A stretch of 64,000 nt of DNA, taken from Camelus ferus (Eukaryota). A program made the translations under genes and the position numbers. The stretch is taken from contig NC_045697.1 of the NCBI RefSeq assembly GCF_009834535.1, forward strand, positions 87,670,001 through 87,734,000, read 5' to 3'. Positions 10,601 through 24,467 of the stretch are shown here, piece after piece; position 1 is the stretch's first letter; each line of letters opens with the position of its first letter. The notes beneath the pieces are model-generated. The model was not told the DNA's origin and made no database searches. It saw nothing but the letters and a program-made list of their open reading frames with translations.

Positions 10601-13600
10601 GACCGAGGCCTACTCTCTGGGGAATTACATTAATAAGCTTCAATAATCGTACTAGGCCAATTTGCTGTAATTCACAAACCGTGTAGTCAGAGTGGTATTA
10701 AAGCACACCCGTTTTCTTAGACTGTCTTATAATTCAAACTGAAGGATTCTCTTTTGCATGAATTTCTTTTGCAAATATTTGTTTTTGCAAAAATTGCACT
10801 AATATTCTAGTGCTAAGGAGGTAAATAACTGGTTTCTGCTCAACAAGAAGTAAGAAAACTCTCCTTTTTTAATATGAGTAGAAGTTTCTGAAACACAGCA
10901 TCATTTATTTGGTCTGTGAAGCTAGGTAAGTTGTCAGACAGTCCATCTAGCGCACAGGAAGATCTCTTGGTGCCCCAGAGGGACAGAGCTGTAAACAGAG
11001 CTACCTGTGGTTTACGTTACAATAAAGATGGATCTGACTGGAGGAGACACCTGAGTGTGAGGCGGGATGGCATTGCCTCAGCATCTCCACATTCAGCTGA
11101 CGTTCTTCAGCCCCTGGAATGGGGAACGTTTACACTGTGCCCTTCCTCGATCCTCAGCTGGCTGCCTGAGATACACAATCCAGGCAAAGTCCTCACCTGC
11201 GGCTGCTTGTGCCCCTCTGTGCCCTTTCCGCAGTTAAACATCCTCAGACTGGAGTTCTGCTTCTCTGTTATGTACAGAGCTGCAGCCACAGGCGATCTCT
11301 TCCCATATGACCCTTTAAGTCGTTTAGCTTCTATTATCAGTGTGGATGGGATCCTGTTTCGTACAATCATTGGATCATTTCCGTATTGAGTACAACTGAC
11401 CTTTAAGACATATGCTTCCAAACAGGCAAGAAACTGTCTTCCATTTTTGGTTCTGTTGACGGTGCAAAGCTGTTTTGCTTACTCGTGTAATTCAGCTGGA
11501 AGACTGGAATTCTGTGCCTTTCTGGAGCTCCAGCACAGCCTGCAAAGGAAGGGAATTTGGCATGGTGGGAAAAACATGGGCTTTGAAGTAGGAGAGACCT
11601 GGCTTCTAATGTTGTCTCTGCTGTGTCTACCCTAAGGTTGACAAGAAGGATTGGTGACAATGCATGACGTGTCCAACACCTTTCTGGGTATTTGGCGGGA
11701 GCCCAATCAGAGGTAGCTGTCATGAAAAGATCATCCCATTTCTCCCAGTTCAGCTCCCGTTTGCAGTGGTAATTCCATTTAACTAGAAGTAGTAAGTGGC
11801 TTGATCTTCTCCCACTTACCTTATTTGACTGTGGATGTAGAAGGAGCAGAGTGGGAAGGGAACAATAAGGATGAGGAAAAACATGGGAGACCAGTGAGAT
11901 GGTGGCCACTCGTAGCCATTTATTTATAAGAAAGACTCTTCTGAGAGCCCTTGTACTAGAGAAGTGCATTTAATTTAGCCAAACAGGCAGCTGTGTTTCT
12001 TGCCCATGTGTTAGTCTATCACATGGACAAAGGGCCACTGATTATTTAAGCTTGGGTGAAACTTTCTTATGCTACTTTGAGGAAGGAGTCATGACCTGGT
12101 TAAATTTAAACTTTAATCTATTTTGATTAAAAAAATTTTATTAAGAATATATTAAGTTCCAAGGCCTTTTTCCATCAACTTGCTTTTTTGGATTGCCTAT
12201 CACATGACTGTATCATTTTTAGATACTAAATGAAAAGCATGTGGAACAGAGCACAGAAATGCACTTCTGTCCATGTTACCATGGGTAACGTTGTCCATTA
12301 TGAAATGTGGGTTTTCTTGAAGGAGAACACACTACTTTAATTATTACATTGCAGTTTGGAAACATGAATATTTATACAATTAGAAACTTGGAGGCATTGC
12401 ACAAATTCTTTCTTGTTGGACTCTGACAGGAATTTTTCCCCCCCAATCTGTTCTATAAATGCAGACCAAAAGACAAAATACTGTGGCAGACTTCATTGGT
12501 TCTAGAAAAAATGCTACAAAATTGGTCACATGAAATTAAATTGTTTGTTAGCACTGATCCCCAAAGTTGCTTGGGTTGGTTTTTATTTTCAATTGAGTGG
12601 TGCTAGGTGATTTTGTTGTTCATAACTTCTGTTTTCTTCACTTCTGTGTGATGAAAATGAAATCACACAAAGGATATATGCGGCTTGTTGGGATACTTGA
12701 ACAGTGCACATAAGATTGTAAGTCAGGCCTTGTGATAATCCCCTTTTTATCTGATGTTTTTCATATTTTCCCCTTTGGGTTCTAATTTTTTCGGTGCAAA
12801 GATAGATCTTTTTATATATTTTCAAGAATTAATTTGACTCATATGAAAATGACACCTCTCCTCTTCAGCTAAGACACACATGCATAAGCACACACAACTA
12901 AAATTCAAAACATAAATCATCGTTAGAATTTTAAGAACTTGAGATGTCTCTATCTTGTCTTCATAAAGAATTGTGACTCTGCTAAGGATTTCGTTTTTAA
13001 ATTTCCTGGATAAAAGTAGATGAAAGTTTTGATTCTCTGCTCGTTTGATATGTTGTTTATTTATTGATGTTAAAATAAATTTACTTGAGTTCTTGTAAAA
13101 TAAGTTGCTGAACTTTGTATACATTGTTGCACCATGCTTTAAGATTTATAGTGAATCTTAAGCACTCCTTTGTACACTATGTGAATAAAGCCCCAAATCA
13201 TGGGTTCTTAAGGATAGTTTGGGGTGGTGAATCCGTAATGGAAAATAATCATTCTGCTTGAAAATGTTACTCAGGTCTATCAGTGGCTACAAATACTTTC
13301 GTCAGATAAGATGTTCTGAATTCCGCTCATCCTCATTCAATTTGAGCTTTTATATAGTTGTTTTATTACTTGCCAGTATCAACAAGGGGGAAAGAGCCTA
13401 GGGTTTGGGGAGAAAGTTCATGCAATAATCCGGTTATCATATGTGGTTCAGTGAAGACTGATGAGCCTATTATTATTTCGAGGATCTGTGAGAGATGTGA
13501 GATGCAACCTCATTCTCTCGGTCTTCCCTCATCTGCCTCCAGTCAGGACTGCAACTGCTGGAGAGCCTGAAATGATAAGAGAAGGAATTTAGAGTCAAGC

Positions 13601-14109
13601 CACAGGCAACAACATAATCTGGCATCAGTGCCCTTAAAAACTGTGTCTTGCTGGGTGTATATCCCCCATATTATGGAAAATACGTGTCATCTACACCAAA
13701 TAGTTTTGCTATTGACTTAAGACATTAAAGACATGAAAGACCCTTTTGAGACTTCCTGTCTTAAACAAATATTTGAAAAGATTTCAGAAACAACAGATTC
13801 AAATAATTGCTGGAGAGAGTGAGCGTAGCTGCGTGGAAGAGTCTTCACCCAGCTTTTATAATCAGGGAAACTTTTTTACAAGGACTTTTAAGGAGGGCCA
13901 TGAAAAAAGAGATGGAAGAGGTTTAGCACTGAGACGTGGGAGGCCACCTGAGACACGGGGCGCTGGGGTAGAAGGTATGTGGGGGTGGAGGGGAGGAGTC
14001 CTTTCTTAGGCTGCACTTGAAGCCTTCCTCCCTTACCTACGCTCCTGGGATGCAGAACAGCTGCTCGCCATCCATACCATTCCATCACTGAATCTGCCAA
14101 CCTTTTCTG

Positions 14110-14275
14110 GGGATGAAATAATCCTGATTCCTTTAGCCTTTCATCATGGTGTCTGTGTTTTTTGGCTCTTTAATCATTTTCACTGAGTTTTTCTCCAACT
14201 CTCCTCATTACAGTTATGACTGGAAACTCCAGAGGGGGACACCGCTACTGGGTATAAAGGGAACATGACTGAAGC
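14110..14275 (-). mobile_element. L3/CR1 LINE fragment
   Basis: aatcctgattcctttagcctttcatcat...ctttaatcattttcactg...ctccaactctcc...aaactccaga resembles the L3 3' region in reverse. Confidence 0.4.
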
Positions 14276-14589
14276 CACCTTTAAAGCACCCTCCCTTGGC
14301 AGGGCTAAATTACTGTACTGTCTTCCTGTTTCTTACATGATCTGATTGCAGTAACTGGGTTTAGAGGAGGCATTGCCTTAAAGAAACAGGAGTCACTGAT
14401 TTTAACTGATTTATTTTTCTGGAAGTAGAAGTTTTAATAGTAGTTTGTATTTGTCTCTCTTTAACTGACCTCTGAATTTTTCCTAGGCTGTTTTTTTTCT
14501 CTATTTATCCAATCTTTATGGACAAATGGTTGTATTCTACTCGTTTTAATTGGAGTTAAGTACAACAGTGGCTTCTGTTGGTGATGACG

Positions 14590-14970
14590 TTCATTTATTC
14601 ATTCATTCACGCGCTCGAGAAATATTTTTGAATCACAGCATATGAAAAAGCCATATTCTAGGTAGGACAGTTTAAGTGGCGAACAAAGAGAGACGCAGTC
14701 TCCACTATGACATTATGCATAAAGACATCAATAAATAATTGCACAAGGGGTTTTATGGTTAAAAATTGAAGTATGTGACATAAAGGAAGGAGACAAGACT
14801 GTATCTGAGTAAAGAAACTTACTCAGGATGAGATAAGGCTTCCCTCAAGAAAGGAAAGGCACTTGAACTGAAATTTGAAGGGCAAGTTAAGATGAATTAA
14901 TTGCACGAAGGAGCAAGCGTGTCAAAAACCACATTCCATGTACGAGGGAATACCATGTTCAAAGTATTAA
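14590..14970 (-). mobile_element. L2 LINE 3' fragment
   Basis: ttcatttattcattcattcac (the L2 tail in reverse), then aaatatttttgaat and a purine-rich body. Confidence 0.7.
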
Positions 14971-15929
14971 GTACCTATCATATGGTCAACAGAATCGAAC
15001 TTCCTTAAACTTGTGCTGTCTCCTCGAGCCCCTTTGCATTTGAGCTGCCTGTTTCCTTCACCTTACTGTGAGGAGTCCCTCACTTGAGACTTTATACTGC
15101 ATGCTGATCCTGTTAAGGGATTTGGATCTTTCCTGATTAAATAACAACATTTTATATTGTGGTATACCATCTTTAATTTCAGGCCTCAGTAAATTGACTC
15201 ATAAGATGAAGTGGAGAATTCAAGACACGCTTACATAACAGGCAATCTATCCAGCTCAGGTGAAGGCAAGTGTGGCTGAAACTTTAGCTCTGTATTGTCT
15301 GTCTGGTGTCTTTTAACGGATATTTCTGGGACCTTGACATATGTAGCTAATCAAAAGAATTACTTAAAAAAATTCATTGAAATTTTTCAGAGCTCTGCTT
15401 TGGTATTCTTGAGTCAGAAATAGCGTTTAGCTTTCACCTCCAATTGTAGACATCATTTAACGTCTCACTGAATCCTCTCTGTCTGTGTAGACGGGGGTTG
15501 TCATAGAAGTACACTGCTCTTTTTCCTGCTTCTGTAGAACATATGCTGAGGTTTCCCCAATTCCCCCAATTTCAAGAAAATTTCATTGGCTAGGACAGCC
15601 TCCATGTAAAATGGCGCTAACCCCGTATGTTTGGCCGGCCAGATTCCCTGCTTCCGGCCCTCCTGCATACGCTCGTGCGTATGTAGTTCTGCTTTGATTT
15701 CTGGTATCTGCCTGATTAATGAAGGCTCCCCAAGCTCCTAACCTTTCCTTGAATTTTATTGTCCCTAAAATTTGACATACTCACCCTGTTGGCTCTTGCT
15801 TAAATATCTTGGTCTTGAGCCCTAATTCACCGTCCCTGTACAGCTATTCTTTAAGTACAGAGTGAATGTTGCAGCCTCATGTGCTTTGGAACTATGGTCA
15901 TTGTTTGATGGATATCAAGTCACCTGCAG

Positions 15930-16070
15930 GGGAAAATGCACGAGACACAAGGGAAACAGAAGAGGGTCAGAGTGCCTTTGCACCTGCTGTTCATTTCAAG
16001 TGCCTGTAATTCAAAATAACCAATATGCCAAAGATGCCTATTTTGGACTGGCACATCCTGGTTCCCCTCA
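15930..16070 (-). mobile_element. ERV1 LTR 5' fragment, MER34-like
   Basis: The reverse complement starts tgaggggaaccaggatgtgccagtccaaaataggcatctttggcatattggttattttgaatt, like the MER34-group LTR start. Confidence 0.6.
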
Positions 16071-16182
16071 ATATGTATCTCTGTATGTCCATGTAAATGT
16101 TTTAACGCTTTGGATTAGAAACTTCTAGTAATATTTCCCTTTGAGAGAACTTTTGTACAGAGGTAAATCACTTTTAGAGGTG

Positions 16183-16183
<1 letters not shown>

Positions 16184-16252
<69 letters not shown>
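16184..16252. repeat. (TAT)n microsatellite, about 23 units
   Basis: Perfect trinucleotide run seen directly. Confidence 0.97.
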
Positions 16253-16255
<3 letters not shown>

Positions 16256-18146
16256 ATTTAGCAAACTGACCTTAAACGCTTTTGTGGCCCCAAATGTTTT
16301 ATTTATGGATCCATCCCTTTACAACTGAACAATTACTAGTTGAGAACCTAGGATGTGTCAGGCACCGTGCTATGAGTTTTGTGATGAAAGCAGCATGGCT
16401 CTTGTCTTTGAGGAGCTAACATCCCATTGTAGGGTACAGGAAGAAAATGATGATACAATACCAGAAATGCTACAATAGTTGTAAACCAGGCACTGTGGGA
16501 GCTAACTTAAAGCACTTTCATTGAAATCATGGATCAGACATGGCATCCTGGAAACAAGTTTCCTATGTTTGTCACATCATATATACAGTCCTAAGCATAT
16601 TCCAATGTTAAAATCAAAACTTAATCACATAAGTTGACATAAAGTCCTCTTCTGTGTAACCACTAAAATAGAAGTTGCTAGTACATTTATGGCTCCTTTT
16701 AAAATCATCAAATGGTTTTATTTAACCAAAAAATTATGATTATATTTTTTCATCAGCTGCCAACAAAGACCTCTGTTTGTTTCACGTTTCCAAGGAAGTT
16801 CATCTTGTTACTAAGTCTGTTTTGAGGATAAATTATGTGAATAGAATTCATCAAGCCCTAATTTTGTCCCTTCTATGTTCTGCTCAAGCAAAAGCAGGAT
16901 TCTCCTCCCTGGTCATCTGTGAAATCTAGTGTCTTGTTAGCTTTCTAATCCTGTCTCATTAACTCCCCTGTTACACAAAAATTATGAGCAACTGTAAATT
17001 TAAGACCTAGATAAGAAGGGAATGACATATTTTGACATTTGATTAAATATAGTTAACATTTATTGTATGATATTTTATTCTTGTATCATTTCACGTGTTA
17101 AACTTTTAGCACTTTCAAACCTTAGCAATACAATAAAGTATCATGTAACTTTATATACATAGTAGCTACTCAAATATTATTAAATATAGGAATACAAAAA
17201 CTGCACAGATGCATTTTATTAAAAATACATCCTCCTAGAAGGCTTTCTAAACAAATTTGACATCAAGATAACGTGAGATAATGACGGAGTACTGGAGGAG
17301 GAGTTCCCATGAGGGCTCTGCACGTTTGAACTTACGTAATTCTCCTAACAATGAGGTGAGTACTAGTCTTGTAACTTTTCTCTTTGCAAGTTCTCTAAAA
17401 TACATGCTTTTCACTCTATTTTTGACTCAACTTGAGTCTCAAATATTAAGAAAAACTACCCAAAACTTGGGAAAAAAAGATAATGACATGATTTTCATTA
17501 TTAAGCTACAGTTTGGTCCTAACATAATCACCCAAAACTCATCTGTCTTAAGAATGTAACTTTCCTTGACTTGCTGTTTACTGGTATCCATGGGAACATT
17601 TTACAGTTTTGTAAGCATAAATATTAGCTTGTAGAAAACAAAGAAGGTGCACTTTTATTTTTTTTGGGTAGTAATGCAAATGGTTTCAGCCCAGTAAAGA
17701 AGATAATCCAAAGTTTACAATTTCTGACTCTTAAGGAAAGTAATTTGTTTTTATTTTTGATGTTGTAATTTAGCAATCTCATTCCAGATTTCTTTTTTTC
17801 TTTTACTGACTCTACATACATTTGTTAGTGTGCTTTAGTGTAACGCACCAGCAGGACAGACTGGCTTTGCATCCTGTTGATTTCCTTACTAATAAGCTCA
17901 GTAAAACTTTGACGATGCATTTCTATGAGAATTATGTTGTTTCAAGATTTTCAGAATGATATGTTTGACAACAGTCTTATGATCCCTTTCTTGAATTATT
18001 GTAATAGTTTACCAAAAGGTTTCCTTCCCCATCATCCCTGCTGAAACTATCAATCTTGCATCCCACTTTTAAACCAACTTTACAGCAAAATAAAATCATT
18101 AGCCATCAGAAATGAGCCTGAACTCAGCATGGAATTCAGGGTCCTC

Positions 18147-18634
18147 TTTATTAGTTTCTTAAGGCTGTCATAGCAAACTACCACAATCCAGGTGGATTAA
18201 AACAACAAGAATGTATCCTTTCACAGTTCTGGAAGACAAAAGTCCAAAATCAAGGTGTCAGGAAGGCCATGCTTCCTCTTCGGGTTTTAGTAGAGAATCC
18301 ATTCTCTGTCTCTTCCAACTTCTGGTAACTGTTGGCATTTCTCGATTTCTTGTGGCTGTAAAATTCCAGTTTCCACATCGGTCTTCATAGGGCTTCCTTC
18401 TCTCCTCTGTACCTGTTCCTCTGCATCAGATAGCTTTCTGCCTCATATAAAGACCCTTGTCATCAGTTATAAGCTTCATCCGGATAATCCAGGATGATCT
18501 CCTTATCTCAAGATCCTTAACTCAATTACGTTTGCAAAGACCTTTTTATTTTCCCCAAATAGGTTACATTCACAGGTTCTGGGGATTAAGGTATAGACAT
18601 ATCTTTTGGGGGGGCTACCATTCAACGCACTACA
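18147..18634 (-). mobile_element. ERVL-MaLR solo LTR (MLT1C-like)
   Basis: tattagtttcttaaggctgtcatagcaaactaccac...cacagttctggaag...gataatccaggatgatctc...ccattcaacgcactaca. Confidence 0.88.
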
Positions 18635-18639
18635 CCATC

Positions 18640-19085
18640 TGTATCCAGCCCCAGCTCAGCCATCCGTCCTTATCTCCCAGCGCTTCTCATAGTATTTATT
18701 TATTTCTTGACCCTTACCTAGCCCTAGTCCACGAACTCTGCTCATTGCAGACAACATTGTTTGTGTTGTTCATTTCCGTTCTCTGCCTAGCATGTGCTCC
18801 CTTTCCTTTTCACACGTCTGGTGTGCAAGGTTCCTTCCAGCCAGCTTCCCACCCACCCCCAACCCCACCTGATTCTGGCACCTTCCCTCTGTGCTCACAT
18901 TGTACTCTAAACATATTCCTATTGCTTACTGAATTTTAGTGTCTTTATCTCTCTGTGTGTTTGTGTCTCCTATAGATTTTTTTTTTTTTTGTAGAGAGTG
19001 TGGACTCTGTCATCTTTGACTCTCCACAATTTCACTTGGTGCCAATGACTAATAGTCACTCACTAAGGGTGGTATATGAGTCAGT
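18640..19085 (+). mobile_element. L2 LINE 3' fragment
   Basis: Pyrimidine-rich L2 body ending cttggtgccaatgactaatagtcactcactaa...tgagtcagtga. Confidence 0.5.
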
Positions 19086-21501
19086 GAGTCTCCAAGTCAA
19101 GATCTATTTGCTCTTAAAATTTAGCTAACAACTTTCATTTTGTAGACAATCTCTGAAACCGTAGTCTATTCTGAACAATCTAGTGTTTGGATTATAGGTA
19201 ATTTTGGGTTCTGGCAGTGCCTCATCTCCCTTGCCTGTGCTTGCTTGGTTCACCTAAATTATACACCTTGAAGGGACAGAATTCATATCTTTTGTGGCGT
19301 TTGTGTTGGGAATAAGAAAATCTCTTGCTAAAGACTTGTTAATGTAATCCCTGGTGGAAATATCTAGGATATAAATGTATCTTGGGAGGAAGATAGCCTG
19401 GCTTAAACTTATCTTTTACATTTTTTCCCCTGATAGGGAATCAGACTCTGCTTCTCAGCAATTTCTTAGTGGTTCAGAACTAAGATGAATTATGTTCATA
19501 TTGGAATTTCCAATTTGGGGTTTTAAAAAAAAATGTTAGCTTGCATGAAATCAGTTTATAGAATTACATCTTACTTCCCCACTTTATGTCTTAATCACAA
19601 CCACAGTATAAATAATCCACTGCTTCAAAACCTCCATTCACTCTTACGTTTTATTCTTATTGACCTTGGCTTATGAAATTTGGATGGAAGAAATCATTAA
19701 ATAGGAAAGGAATATTTGAACTTTGATTCCGTGTTTCAAAGTCTTGACTGAGACCTAAGCCACATGGAAGCATGACGTTAGTATATGCCTATTTTGGGGA
19801 AAGCACTAGTTTAAAATACAAAGGAATTGTACTGTATGATAACTTATTCTAAGAAACTTTATTTTCTGTCCTTAAGTATCATCTAGTGAATATTTGGGCA
19901 ATAGAAAATTTTTGTTTTCTGTAGCCTTATAAAATTTTAGCATCAAAATCATTTAAAAGAATTCACCTGGTCTCAGGTGTCATTAAAAACTCTACCTTTG
20001 TGCCAGATTAACTGAAAAATTTGGCCCCAGATACAGTGGGGAATTATGGCCAAGTTTAGGCCAACTTGGTTATTTCTTTATTTTCAGTGGAAAGAACATA
20101 AAATTCGATGGATTCTTGCTCTCTGACCTAAAACCAACTAAAATTCAACAATTTGGTTATTTAATTTTTTGAGGTTTTATACGTTATTTTAGCTATAAAA
20201 TGTGAACCCAGGTCAGGAGTCTTATACTGAGGCCTCAATTTTAGCAATAAAAATATTTATAAACTAAAAGAAAATATGAGAATTCTACAAAAACTTGGTG
20301 ACTGAGCAGAAAACTTTAAATCTTAAACAACCAACTCAGAACATTTGTGAGAAGTGAGCATTTCATGAAATTTGCTCTCATTTTTTCTCTTTTTCCCATA
20401 GTTCTAGCTGTAGACTTCTGCACGGGGTCTTCTGTGCTGTGCTGCATTTTCTTGACAGGTTCTGTAGAGGAACTTCTCTTAATATTTTCCTTTGCCTTCA
20501 GTGTATGGCCCTTCAATTCCAATCACTCATTTTATTTTTTCAAAGCTCTTCTTTCATGGAGAACTTACCAGAATTTCTTAGAGGACTGAGTCATAGGACA
20601 CAGTGAATGAACCCAGTAACAGTGCACTCTGAAGTGCTCTTCCCTGTTAACTTGTGAACACTGTTGTGACCACTGTCATTGCACAAGGACACAGCTGAGT
20701 GATGTGCTCCCACTGAAGGATGAGTTTCTCGTGTTTCGTGGAGACATGTCCTGAGAGGTGAGGAGGTGGCCTCTGTCCCTCACCTTGTCTAGACATAGTC
20801 TGGAGGCTCACGTCACTTCCAATGCATCTTCTCTCTGTTCTTCCCGGGAGTGTGCTGAGCCCTTATCTAAATAAAACCACCCAAGGTCTGCCTGGATTTA
20901 TCCCCAAGGCCCCTAAAGATCCTTCACATGTAGCTTTTCTTTCTTTCTTTTCCTTTCTTTTCTTCTATTCTCTTCACCATTCTTTTCTTCTCTCTTTACT
21001 CCTGTGAGTGAAAATTTCCATGCCCCAGAGCAACACTGTCCTCATCTTGAAGAGAGGATAGAGGGAGATGATGTCTGTCACTCTCTGTTATGAAACAATG
21101 CCCTGTTTTCTGATGAATTGGAGAAAAATACCATTTGAAGTATTTTCTATCTCCTATTTTCTGTTCCTTTAAGCCTTATCTCCCACTATTCTGTTTTATA
21201 TACTTTATGGTCTAGTCATATTAGACTCTTAGCTATTCATTCATTCTTTCATTGAAAAAATATTTGTGTTCTAGTTTCCAAAGACGTATCAATAAACAAA
21301 ACAGACATGATCTGTGCTGTCAAGGACCTTGTATTCTGACGTGGATATGGGCATCTCCAGGTTTGCACGTTTGCTCATCTCTGGCAGTGCCTTCTCACCT
21401 GTCTGCCCAATCTCAACTTTGTTCAGTATTCTTTCAACAAGTGCCTGTATTTCAAAGCTAAATTCAGATTGTCCTTAACCCATAAAGTACCTTCAAAAGT
21501 A

Positions 21502-22200
21502 GACTTGCTGTTAACATTTGCAAGGCTTAGAACTGAAGTATGAATGAGAGTCACATACCATTTGTCTAAATATTTAAAAGATAAACCTAGCTAAAAACCC
21601 GGATAACGTCAAAATTGAAAAATGTGTAAGACTGTGGCGTTGCTAATATCCAAGATGACTAAATGTGCTATTATGCAGATCTGGGTATTCTCTATTGATC
21701 AACTGACATTGTTCAGGTAAGTAATGAAATATAAACATAATTAATAAATTATTATGTGTTTATTTCTTAAATTTTTTCTTGCCTTCATGTCAACAAAAAT
21801 CAGTAATGCTAAAATAAGATTTTCTAACCCTCGTTGTGTTATATTGGCAGTGTTCCCCACTTAAAAGCACGTCTTGAGTCACCATAGTGTCTAGACTTTT
21901 GGGTTTTTAACTTCTAATTTGGAGAATTCTATTAAGGCTGTCATAGCTGGAACTGTCAATAAAATTCTTAAAGCAGTGTTTGATTCTAAATGACCATAAA
22001 TTTTACACATCACATTGTACCATTCTAATAAACTGACTTATGATAAAATATCCTCCCAGAAAATAGTTTTAAAGTATTTTAACTTCCTTGAATAAAATGC
22101 TAGCAATAGTCTATCACTCTTATCATCTTTTGAAGCAATATCTAAATCCATATGGTAATATAAACAACCGGTATCACAGGTCAGGTATATTACTTCTAGA
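21502..22200 (-). mobile_element. hAT-Tip100 transposon relic (Zaphod/MER115-like) with a transposase C-terminal remnant
   Basis: The left end cacataccatttgtctaaatatttaaaag resembles MER115/Zaphod. The minus strand at about 21984-21895 translates NTALRILLTVPAMTALIEFSKL, a hAT dimerisation-domain motif. Right boundary uncertain. Confidence 0.7.
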
Positions 22201-23449
22201 CTTACATATACCAAAAGTTAAGAAAAATTTGAAGTGTTTGATATTGCAAACTGTCCCTCAGCTTCCATGTGCACTGGTGACAAATGTGCTAGTTTACTGA
22301 AATAGGACTGTGTCCCGATGCCACACCTGGATCATCTGGAGAAGAAAATGGGTGCTCTGCAACAGCTGGGGATAGAGCCTGCATTTTGCAAGAATCGATT
22401 GCATCTACCCTGAGAAGGACAGGACAAGTGGATGCATTTGCATCTTCTTTCACCTGGTGGATTCTGCTGCCCAGGTCTTCCCCACATAACGAAGCACTGT
22501 ACCTCTGAAGTCCACCGCAGCACACGGATGCATTTGTCTTTTGTCTTGGGGACAAACAGCAAGAGATTTGAAGAAATGATGATTTGGTTTGACTGAAAAG
22601 GGTTTGAGCTGAAAGAGGTTTGACATAAGAGCCAACGTTAAAAAGCACAGGTCGGGCTGGACCTGCTCTGTCTGCTGGATCCCAGGTGACAGGGCATCCG
22701 TGTATTCTTTTACAAATTCAGTTCGTATGTTTATAATGAGCAGGGCTCCCTGCAGTTAGGTGTTCTTCTTACCCATGTGTAATACTTTCTAGAAGAAAGT
22801 GTTCTTTGGATAGGAGTAGTGTACAATTCTGAAATCTCTAAACACTTTGCCTTTTCCCCCCAAGGCCTGGAAAAATGTGATAAAAACAGTAACAGTTTGC
22901 CCACATGTCATAACTCCTTGCAGAGGAAACAAGTTCTTTATGACCAATGAATTAAACCTCATTTGTTTTTGAACCATCACCTGTGTCTAGCACAATAGAT
23001 TCAAGATGTGGCGACTCAAATTTATTTCAAAAAATATTGAATAGCTAAACTAAATAAAGTAAAAGAAAAATACAACTAACTGTAATTCATAATCCTTGTG
23101 ATTTTGTTTTGGTTTTGGTTTTGGTTAGGAATACACTTTACATACATGTGACAGGGTAATTAACAAAACCAGTACCAGACCGAGGTCTGAGGCTGGAGAA
23201 CACAGAGAATGATAGTGGTGTCACAGACTGAACTGTGGACTGTTCATTGCAGTGTGAGTGCGGGAGGGGTTATAGAAAGAAGAGTGGGAATCCATATAGT
23301 TTAAGGTCAAGTTGACAAATATTCATGGAAAGAAAGGCTCAGAGGGAAATAAAAGATATAGGGTTAAAATGTAAGACAGATTGGGGTCAGTGAAAGACTT
23401 TTTTCTTGTGATTCAGGAGTTATAATGCTAACATTTGCCTTTGTGACAA

Positions 23450-23690
23450 TGATCAGTATGTATCTATAAGTGTTTACCATGTGTCAAGCATTTTATTGAA
23501 TGCTCTATACATACCAGTTTACTTATGTCTTAGTACTACAGGAGATTGTTATTACCATGAGCCTCTTCTTTGAAATAATATAAATGAGGCTTTGAGATGG
23601 TTACTTGCCAATGCTTCATTGCTGGTAAGTAACAGAATCAGGAAGTAAACCCAGGTGTGTCTGACTGCATAGCTTGCTCTTAATCACCAA
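23450..23690 (-). mobile_element. MIR SINE
   Basis: agtgtttaccatgtgtcaagcattt...aaatgaggctttgagatggttacttgcc...gtaagtaacagaatcaggaagtaaacccagg. Confidence 0.75.
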
Positions 23691-23809
23691 GGGCTTTCGA
23701 AGCCAGGAGATTGGATTCCAGGTCCTTGGCAGAAGGGAAAGAGAAGTAAGAGAAGAAATACCACAGGGAATGGGAGAAGGAAAGGAAGCTTTACTAATTA
23801 GTCCACTTA

Positions 23810-24460
23810 ACTTCTTAGTGGAAGAAATCACACCTGAATTGGTTTAAAAGCAAGAGAGGCTTTTAATGGGAGGATAAGCTATGAAATAATTAGACAAGCA
23901 AGACTGAATAAAGGCCACAGTCTCCCATAACATTGGGCATCGGGGCCCAGAGCATGAAGCTTCATTCTCTGTGCCTTAGCCAGGCTTCTCTGCATGGGCC
24001 ACGTTCATTCTCTCTCTCTATAGAGTGGTTTTATCCATGTGGCTGGAATTCAGGTAGCCAAAGGTCCCAGAATTGTATAGTTTGTGATTTTAGCCAACAA
24101 AGGCACAATGACAAGACTCTCTGAGACTCAAGTCCAGAAATTCAGGGCAAGGCTCTAACTGGCTCAGCCAAGGTTAATTGCTCTATCAGTTGGGAAACTT
24201 TTTGCTGTATGACAGAGAAAACCTAAGTAACCCCTTATTGTATATTTTTCTCACACAGCAGGAAATCTGGAGGGAGGAGGCTCGAGGGCTGGTTCAGCCC
24301 TGGACGGTGCCAAGGGCGGACTGTCTGGGACTCCTTCCGCATTCCTCTCACCACAGCACAGTGGCCACTGTTGCTCCAATCTTCACATCCTTACGGGCAC
24401 CTGAAGCAGGGGGAAGGGGGCGGGAAAGAAGACTCTCCGTGTGACAGTCCCTGTTTGCCA
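23810..24460 (-). mobile_element. Old MaLR LTR fragments (MLT1J/K/L-like)
   Basis: tatcagttgggaaactttttgctgtatgacagagaaaac...tttttctcacacagcaggaaatctggaggg, plus similar motifs upstream. Confidence 0.45.
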
Positions 24461-24467
24461 GGAGGGA

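Noticed and set aside
17239..17362. Strong donor GAG|GTGAGT at 17356
   Set aside because: All three frames from the nearest plausible acceptor contain stops, and nothing else supports it.
19980..20350. Possible ancient DNA-transposon relic or exon after ttttcag (20087)
   Set aside because: I could not assign a family, and found no good donor or recognisable peptide.
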